Origin: a virus
Lineage: Duplodnaviria; Heunggongvirae; Uroviricota; Caudoviricetes
Direction: 5' to 3' (one strand)
Virus record (IMG/VR): IMGVR_UViG_2778261570_000022
DNA length: 5,160 bases
The notes beneath the pieces are model-generated. The model worked only from the letters and a program-made list of their open reading frames with translations, had not been told where the DNA came from and did no database searches. Shown here piece by piece: positions 1 through 5,160 of the stretch. Position 1 is the first letter of the stretch, and every line of letters begins with the position of its first letter. The position numbers and the translations under genes were made by a program.

Positions 1-1683
1 GATGCCGGAAACATTGACGGCAGCATCCATCGCTGGGCAAAAAATGAAGTTATCGACAACGACCGCGAAGACTGGAAGCGTATCTCGGCATCAATGCGCA
101 AACAGCCCGATGCCCTTCGCTACGACCGCCAGACTATTTTTGGCCTTGTCCGTGAACGTCCGATCGACATTCACAAAGACCCTGTGGCACTGAACAAATA
201 CATTACTGAATACCTGACTACAAAGGGCGTGTTTGAAGATGAAGGAACAAATCAGAGCGCAACTGATACTCTCTCGTCGCCAGTACCAGAAACTGATGCA
301 GTGGAAACGGCAATTCCGGACAACGAAAAAACCGAATGCAAAGTGGAAGTCGAACCATCTGTAGAGCGTGAGGGGCCGTTCTACTTCCTCTTCACCGACA
401 AGGATGGCGAAAAATACGGTCGCGCAAATAAACTTTCTGGTCTGGATAAGGCGCTGTCTGCTGGGGCTACTGAAATCACGAAAGAAGAATATTTTGCCCG
501 CAAAAACGGTACATACTCAGGTTCACAACAAAATACTGGTGCATCTGACACGATCGCACAACCAGAGCCGGTAAAAGTTACCGCTGACGAAGTAAACAAA
601 ATTATGCAGGCAGCCAATATCAGCCAGCCTGACGCCAATAAGTTGCTTGCTGTATCACGTGGTGAATTTGTTGCAGGGATTAGCGACCCGAATGATCCGA
701 AATGGGTGAAGGGGATTGAAACCCGCGATTCAGTGAGCCAGAACCAACAAGAATCGGAACAGAACGGCCAGAAAGCGGAACAAAACAGCCCAAATGCGTT
801 ACAAAACGAGCCAGAAACGAAACAGCCTGAACCAGTGGCGCAACAGGAAGTGGAAAAAGTCTGCACCGCCTGCGGTCAGAGCGGTGGCGGCAACTGCCCT
901 GATTGTGGTGCGGTGATGGGTGACGCAACATACCAGGAAATATTCGATGGAGAGAATCAGCCTGAAGTTCAGGAAAATGATCCGGAGGAAATGGAAGGCA
1001 CTGCGCATCAGCACAAGGAGAACACTGGCGGCAATCAGCATCATGCCAGCGATAGTGAAACTGGCGAGGCGTCAGATCCCTTAATTAAGGCAAACGGTCA
1101 TCATAATCTCACATCCACCAGCAGAGCGGGGATTCATCTGATGCTCGACCTTGAAACCATGGGAAAAAATCCCGATGCTCCGATTATCTCAATAGGTGCA
1201 ATATTTTTCGATCCGCAAACCGGAGATATGGGACCGGAATTTAGTAAGACTATCGATCTGGAAACTGCTGGCGGAGTCATTGATCGGGACACCATTAAAT
1301 GGTGGCTTAAACAATCACGCGAAGCGCAATCTGCCATTATGACCGATGAAATCCCGTTAGATGATGCACTGTTACAATTGCGGGAATTTATCGACGAAAA
1401 CTCCGGTGAATTTTTTGTTCAGGTCTGGGGTAATGGGGCCAACTTCGACAACGTGATTTTACGCCGTTCATACGAACGACAGGGTATCCCCTGCCCATGG
1501 CGCTACTGCAACGATCGCGATGTACGCACAATCGTTGAGCTGGGGAAAGCCATAGACTTCGATGCCAGAACGGCTATCCCATTCGAAGGTGAGCGCCATA
1601 ATGCACTTGATGACGCTCGTTACCAGGCAAAATACGTTTCAGCTATCTGGCAAAAACTGATCCCGAGTCAGGCTGATTTTTAA
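1..1683 (+). CDS. Prophage large exonuclease-like protein, 5'-partial; Gln/Glu-rich low-complexity linker, Cys4 zinc-ribbon, C-terminal DEDDh (DnaQ/RNase T-like) 3'-5' exonuclease domain
   Basis: Frame 1 is open from nt 1 to the TAA at 1681-1683. The ORF track starts it at ATG 94, but no stop precedes that and there is no good SD before 94, so the gene probably begins upstream of the window. C-terminal ~180 aa (about nt 1135-1680) carry DEDDh motifs: motif I LMLDLETMG, motif II WGNGANFD, motif III HNALDDARY. Upstream is a Q/E/N-rich acidic linker (about nt 720-1130) with CTACGQSGGGNCPDCG (CxxC-x7-CxxC, nt 862-909). It is co-directional with and immediately upstream of xis-int. Confidence 0.8.
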   Translation, partial: DAGNIDGSIHRWAKNEVIDNDREDWKRISASMRKQPDALRYDRQTIFGLVRERPIDIHKDPVALNKYITEYLTTKGVFEDEGTNQSATDTLSSPVPETDAVETAIPDNEKTECKVEVEPSVEREGPFYFLFTDKDGEKYGRANKLSGLDKALSAGATEITKEEYFARKNGTYSGSQQNTGASDTIAQPEPVKVTADEVNKIMQAANISQPDANKLLAVSRGEFVAGISDPNDPKWVKGIETRDSVSQNQQESEQNGQKAEQNSPNALQNEPETKQPEPVAQQEVEKVCTACGQSGGGNCPDCGAVMGDATYQEIFDGENQPEVQENDPEEMEGTAHQHKENTGGNQHHASDSETGEASDPLIKANGHHNLTSTSRAGIHLMLDLETMGKNPDAPIISIGAIFFDPQTGDMGPEFSKTIDLETAGGVIDRDTIKWWLKQSREAQSAIMTDEIPLDDALLQLREFIDENSGEFFVQVWGNGANFDNVILRRSYERQGIPCPWRYCNDRDVRTIVELGKAIDFDARTAIPFEGERHNALDDARYQAKYVSAIWQKLIPSQADF

Positions 1684-1693
1684 TGTTCAACCC

Positions 1694-1729
1694 TAATTGC
1701 CGCTAACCGTATATAGTTAGCGGCGGTTA
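1694..1729 (+). promoter_or_regulatory. Imperfect inverted repeat (TAATTGCCGCTAAC / GTTAGCGGCGGTTA) with central CGTATATA, between the exonuclease stop and the xis start; candidate operator, attenuator hairpin or RNA processing site
   Basis: Read directly: 9-bp perfect arms GCCGCTAAC (1699-1707) and GTTAGCGGC (1716-1724) around an 8-nt loop. As RNA the stem extends to 14 bp with two G-U pairs. Only TTAT follows, so it is not a canonical intrinsic terminator. Confidence 0.35.
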
Positions 1730-1741
1730 TGAGATATAGCT

Positions 1742-1945
1742 ATGAGCAGCTTATTTTTAACCGAAGATGAATTGCTAATATTAACGGGCTGCAAATATGC
1801 AAGCCACCAGCGAAAATGGTTAATGGAAAACGGGCTTCCGTTCTATACCAATCGTAGTGGCAAACCGATTGTCAGCCGGGATCTATTTACCTGCAATAAA
1901 ACTTTACCACCACGCGAGGTAGAGCCGAATTTTGGTGCGATCTGA
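1742..1945 (+). CDS. xis: Excisionase / recombination directionality factor candidate (DUF4224-like small DNA-binding protein)
   Basis: 67-aa ORF directly upstream of int, overlapping its start by 1 nt (TGATG at 1943-1947). The pattern LTEDELLILTGCKYASHQRKWLMENGLPFYTNRSGKPIVSRDLF matches the LTxxEL-LTG-W-G-PF-GRP-V signature I recall for int-adjacent DUF4224 proteins. Weak SD (GAGA) 7 nt upstream. Confidence 0.65.
   Translation: MSSLFLTEDELLILTGCKYASHQRKWLMENGLPFYTNRSGKPIVSRDLFTCNKTLPPREVEPNFGAI
1869..1897 (+). promoter_or_regulatory. Possible internal sigma70-like promoter for int within xis (analogous in position to lambda pI)
   Basis: TTGTCA (1869-1874), 17-bp spacer, TGCAAT (1892-1897), about 45 nt upstream of the int ATG. 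Motif match only; the -10 is weak. Confidence 0.2.
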
Positions 1946-3027
1946 TGGGAAGACGAAGGAAAAATCCTGAACACGAAAAATTACCTCCAAATGTATACCC
2001 AAATAAATATAGTTATGTATGGAAACCAACATCCAGAGAATCTGTCACACTAACCGCCATCAAGGATGGTTTAGCTGCTTTATGGAAAAAGTATGAGGAA
2101 ACTGTAAATAATCGCGATCGTGCAATGACATTCGGTCGCTTGTGGGAAAAATTCCTCGCCAGCGCCTATTACAGTGACCTTAGTCCAAGAACACAAAAAG
2201 ATTATCTGCAACATCAAAAAAAGTTGCTTGCCGTATTCGGTAAGGTACCAGCGGATTCCATAAAACCAGAACACATCCGTCGATACATGGACAAAAGAGG
2301 GGAGCAGAGTAAAACGCAAGCCAACCATGAAAAAAGCAGTATGTCCCGTGTTTACAGTTGGGGGTATGAGCGAGGGTACGTCAAGGCTAACCCATGTGCA
2401 GGTGTAAGTAAATTCAAGGCCAAAAACCGCGAACGATATGTAACCGACAAAGAATACCAGGCAGTATTAAGCGTTGCACCTCTTCCTGTTTTTATCGCAA
2501 TGGAAATGGCCTATCTGTGTGCAGCGAGGGTTTCCGATGTGTTATCGCTGAAATGGGAACAGATTGGAAACGACGGGATATTCATCCAGCAAGGGAAAAC
2601 CGGAAAAAAACAGATAAAAGCATGGAGTCCACGATTACAGGCAGCGATCGAAAAAGCAAAACAGTTACCAAAATCTGCCTATGTGATCAGCAATCAATAC
2701 GGCAACCGATATATGTACAAAGGCTTTAACGAAATGTGGGTAGAAGCAAGAAATCGTGCTGGAAAAATTTCAGGTATTTTAACCGACTTCACCTTTCATG
2801 ATCTGAAGGCGAAAGGAATTTCAGACTATGAAGGAAGCAGCCGGGATAAGCAACTTTTCTCTGGTCACAAAACCGAAGGGCAAGTGCTAATCTATGACAG
2901 GAAGGTTAAAGTTTCACCAACACTTGATGTCCCGTTACCTGAAAATATTCCAAGAAAATATTCCAAGAAAATATTCCAAGTAATTCCAAGTGTGATTTTT
3001 GTCACTGACTTAATGATGTGTAAGTGA
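1945..3027 (+). CDS. int: Lambda-family tyrosine recombinase (phage integrase) with N-terminal arm-binding domain
   Basis: 360 aa beginning MGRRRKNPEHEKLPPNVY (lambda Int begins MGRRR..LPPNLY). Catalytic-core equivalents are recognisable: AARVSD (Arg-I), QQGKTGKK (Lys), FTFHDLK (His-II, with Lys at the Arg-II position), SGHK (His-III), LIYDRK (Tyr nucleophile). Transcribed towards the tRNA; stop TGA at 3025-3027. Confidence 0.92.
   Translation: MGRRRKNPEHEKLPPNVYPNKYSYVWKPTSRESVTLTAIKDGLAALWKKYEETVNNRDRAMTFGRLWEKFLASAYYSDLSPRTQKDYLQHQKKLLAVFGKVPADSIKPEHIRRYMDKRGEQSKTQANHEKSSMSRVYSWGYERGYVKANPCAGVSKFKAKNRERYVTDKEYQAVLSVAPLPVFIAMEMAYLCAARVSDVLSLKWEQIGNDGIFIQQGKTGKKQIKAWSPRLQAAIEKAKQLPKSAYVISNQYGNRYMYKGFNEMWVEARNRAGKISGILTDFTFHDLKAKGISDYEGSSRDKQLFSGHKTEGQVLIYDRKVKVSPTLDVPLPENIPRKYSKKIFQVIPSVIFVTDLMMCK
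2942..2990 (+). repeat. Three perfect tandem copies of 13-bp AAAATATTCCAAG plus a degenerate fourth (TAATTCCAAG); putative arm-type Int-binding sites of the att arm, embedded in the 3' end of int
   Basis: Read directly: copies at 2942-2954, 2955-2967, 2968-2980, partial at 2981-2990. They lie 46-94 bp from the tRNA 3' end where the att core is expected, and the integrase has a lambda-like arm-binding N-terminus. Confidence 0.55.
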
Positions 3028-3035
3028 TTGAATTT

Positions 3036-3125
3036 TGGCGGAGAGAGGGGGATTTGAACCCCCGGTGGAGTTGCCCCCACTCCGGTTTTCGAGACCGGTC
3101 CGTTCAGCCGCTCCGGCATCTCTCC
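3036..3125 (-). tRNA. serU: tRNA-Ser (anticodon CGA), 90 nt with long variable arm and encoded CCA
   Basis: The reverse complement of 3036-3125 reads GGAGAGATGCCGGAGCGGCTGAACGGACCGGTCTCGAAAACCGGAGTGGGGGCAACTCCACCGGGGGTTCAAATCCCCCTCTCTCCGCCA. It has a 7-bp acceptor stem, anticodon loop CUCGAAA, T-loop GGTTCAAATCC and a 3' CCA. Naming it serU rests on the anticodon and the adjacent mtfA. Confidence 0.93.
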
Positions 3126-3218
3126 GTTCAGATGGTTGCCATGATGCCAGGAAATTTGGCATTTTAACAGTCCCTGTCCGTGCAATTTTGTTCAAGTGAC
3201 GAGTTTGCGAGCAAAACG

Positions 3219-4016
3219 ATGATTAAGTGGCCCTGGAAAGTACAAGAATCAGCACATCAAACTGCCCTTCCCTGGCAGGAAGCACTATCGATCCCCCTTT
3301 TAACGTGTCTGACGGAACAGGAACAAAGCAAATTAGTCACTCTTGCCGAACGTTTTTTACAGCAAAAGCGGCTTGTTCCTTTACAGGGCTTTGAACTGGA
3401 TTCATTAAGAAGCTGCCGGATAGCACTTCTATTTTGCCTACCCGTTCTGGAGTTAGGACTGGAATGGCTGGATGGTTTTCATGAAGTCTTAATTTATCCT
3501 GCGCCATTTGTGGTCGATGATGAATGGGAAGACGATATCGGTCTGGTGCATAACCAACGTATTGTTCAGTCAGGTCAGAGCTGGCAGCAAGGGCCTATCG
3601 TTTTGAACTGGTTGGATATACAAGATTCTTTTGATGCTTCTGGTTTTAACCTGATTATTCATGAAGTCGCTCATAAGCTGGACACCCGTAACGGCGATCG
3701 CGCCAGCGGAGTTCCCTTTATTCCGTTGCGTGAGGTTGCTGGCTGGGAACACGATCTTCATGCTGCAATGAACAACATTCAGGAAGAAATCGAATTGGTT
3801 GGCGAGAATGCGGCGAGCATTGATGCTTATGCTGCCAGTGATCCTGCTGAATGTTTTGCCGTACTTTCTGAATATTTCTTTAGCGCCCCAGAACTTTTTG
3901 CTCCTCGTTTCCCTTCATTGTGGCAACGTTTCTGCCAATTTTATCAACAAGATCCTTTGCAGAGACTGCATCGCACTAATGATACAGACTCGTTTTCGGC
4001 GACGAATGTTCATTAA
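3219..4016 (+). CDS. mtfA: MtfA (Mlc titration factor A), zinc-dependent peptidase with HEXXH motif
   Basis: 265 aa starting [23 protein letters not shown], with HEVAH zinc-binding motif; matches my recollection of E. coli MtfA/YeeI. The ORF track opens at ATG 3180 (13 extra codons); I take the internal ATG at 3219 as the start, from recollection that E. coli MtfA begins MIKWPWK and is 265 aa. Confidence 0.9.
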
Positions 4017-4047
4017 TTAACAACTTTGCAGATTAATTAACCAATTG
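4012..4047 (+). promoter_or_regulatory. AT-rich upstream region with a direct repeat of ATTAATTAAC (4012-4021 and 4032-4041, 20 bp apart) and palindrome CAATTG; candidate UP-element / Fis-type activator sites for the tRNA-Asn promoter
   Basis: Repeats read directly; they sit about 60-95 bp upstream of the predicted start. Stable-RNA promoters typically carry AT-rich UP elements and Fis sites here. Assignment is by position only. Confidence 0.3.
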
Positions 4048-4069
4048 AAATGACTTATGAAATTTAGTG

Positions 4070-4105
4070 TTGACAGACAAGGTACCGCTAAGTAATATGC
4101 GCCCC
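4070..4105 (+). promoter_or_regulatory. Sigma70 promoter of tRNA-Asn: -35 TTGACA (4070-4075), 17-bp spacer, -10 TAATAT (4093-4098), GC-rich discriminator GCGCCCC (4099-4105)
   Basis: Perfect consensus -35, optimal spacer, 5/6 -10, and a GC-rich discriminator typical of stringently controlled stable-RNA promoters, about 12 nt upstream of the mature tRNA 5' end (4117). Confidence 0.8.
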
Positions 4106-4116
4106 GTTCACACGAT

Positions 4117-4192
4117 TCCTCTGTAGTTCAGTCGGTAGAACGGCGGACTGTTAATCCGTATGTCACTGGTTCGAGTCCAGTCAGAGGAGCCA
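4117..4192 (+). tRNA. asnT: tRNA-Asn (anticodon GUU), 76 nt with encoded CCA
   Basis: TCCTCTGTAGTTCAGTCGGTAGAACGGCGGACTGTTAATCCGTATGTCACTGGTTCGAGTCCAGTCAGAGGAGCCA: cloverleaf with anticodon loop CUGUUAA and T-loop GGTTCGAGTCC. It matches E. coli tRNA-Asn as I recall it. The asnT copy name comes from its position between mtfA and yeeJ. Confidence 0.95.
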
Positions 4193-4282
4193 AATTCTAA
4201 AAATTCGCTTTTTTAGCGCAATGTCACTGACCTTAGTTGAACATTGCTTTTTAACGGATAGCGGTTTTTTAACATCTTAAGC

Positions 4283-4313
4283 GCCCTCGACCTTTATGGT
4301 TGAGGGCGTTTTG
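4283..4313 (+). terminator. Rho-independent terminator downstream of tRNA-Asn
   Basis: GCCCTCGACC (4283-4292), loop TTTAT, GGTTGAGGGC (4298-4307): a 10-bp GC-rich stem with one G-U pair, followed by GTTTTG. A weaker hairpin GCAATG..CATTGC + TTTTT at 4218-4252 may also contribute. Confidence 0.65.
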
Positions 4314-4478
4314 CTATGAACGCCATCACCATTTTCCCCTCGATTATAAAACTTGAGTTATTCAGTAGTCTCCCCTCTTGCAACTCACACCCAAAACTGC
4401 CTAACGAAAAGTTATTAATTTTCAATCATATTGCTATCAGGATTTACATTTTTTCGCTGTGCTAGAAAGGGCGCATTT

Positions 4479-5160
<682 letters not shown>

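Larger units (their letters stand above)
1..3060 (+). mobile_element. Integrated lambdoid-type prophage, int-proximal end (partial; continues left of the window); right boundary is an att core overlapping the 3' end of tRNA-Ser, exact core not determinable
   Basis: Exonuclease-xis-int module pointing at a tRNA 3' end, arm-type repeats next to the core position, and a switch to conserved core genes (mtfA, asnT, yeeJ) immediately right of the tRNA. Confidence 0.75.

Noticed and set aside
2-193. 63-aa + strand ORF overlapping the start of the exonuclease gene in another frame
   Set aside because: Frame 1 is open through this whole region and continues into the conserved protein; no RBS and no recognisable motif in the 63-aa product.
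381-1044. Minus-strand ORFs of 161, 83 and 81 aa (381-866, 680-931, 799-1044) antisense to the exonuclease gene
   Set aside because: They fall entirely within the well-supported + strand coding region, over its low-complexity Q/E-rich segment. Their translations are Cys/Ser/Phe-rich with no recognisable domain. Most likely shadow ORFs.
2892-3195. Minus-strand ORFs of 97 and 61 aa overlapping the int 3' end and the tRNA-Ser gene
   Set aside because: They run across a structured tRNA gene and the att region; their open frames are explained by the GC-rich tRNA sequence.
3126-3200. Promoter for the minus-strand tRNA-Ser
   Set aside because: I looked for -35/-10 hexamers on the minus strand upstream of the tRNA 5' end. 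Only poorly spaced candidates were found (TTGCAC/TAAAAT with a 13-bp spacer; TTAAAA/CATCAT), so I do not call a promoter.
3180-3218. N-terminally extended mtfA start at ATG 3180 ([13 protein letters not shown]-) as given in the ORF track
   Set aside because: The conserved MtfA N-terminus as I recall it begins MIKWPWK (ATG 3219). The 13 extra codons would overlap the divergent tRNA-Ser upstream region and have no SD, so I treat this as longest-ORF over-extension.
3570-4020. Small ORFs inside or overlapping mtfA (3570-3761 minus strand, 63 aa; 3799-4020 plus strand, 73 aa)
   Set aside because: Both lie within the conserved mtfA coding region in alternative frames, with no RBS or recognisable motif.
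4218-4252. Second hairpin (GCAATG, 18-nt loop, CATTGC) followed by TTTTT just after tRNA-Asn, as an independent terminator
   Set aside because: The stem is short with a large loop and is predicted weak. The stronger GC-rich terminator at 4283-4313 is the better call; this may at most assist 3' processing.

Overview
This window spans the junction between an integrated lambdoid-type prophage and conserved enterobacterial chromosome. Positions 1-3027 hold the prophage's site-specific recombination module, all on the + strand and pointing at the attachment site: a large protein with a C-terminal DEDDh 3'-5' exonuclease domain (5'-partial), a small DUF4224-like excisionase candidate, and a lambda-family tyrosine integrase. 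The integrase's last ~25 codons are built from three perfect 13-bp tandem repeats, which I read as arm-type Int-binding sites. Its stop codon lies 8 bp from the 3' CCA end of a minus-strand tRNA-Ser(CGA), so the att core should overlap the tRNA 3' end. To the right are mtfA, tRNA-Asn(GUU) with a textbook sigma70 promoter, an intrinsic terminator, and the 5' part of an inverse-autotransporter adhesin (yeeJ-like; LysM domain present). This gene order matches what I recall of E. coli K-12 (serU-mtfA-asnT-yeeJ), suggesting Escherichia/Shigella with a prophage at serU. I see no CRISPR array and no recognisable defence operon. The most unusual items are the exonuclease architecture, the arm repeats inside the int reading frame, and a Lys where lambda Int has the box-II Arg. 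All family assignments come from reading the translations by eye; no searches were run.
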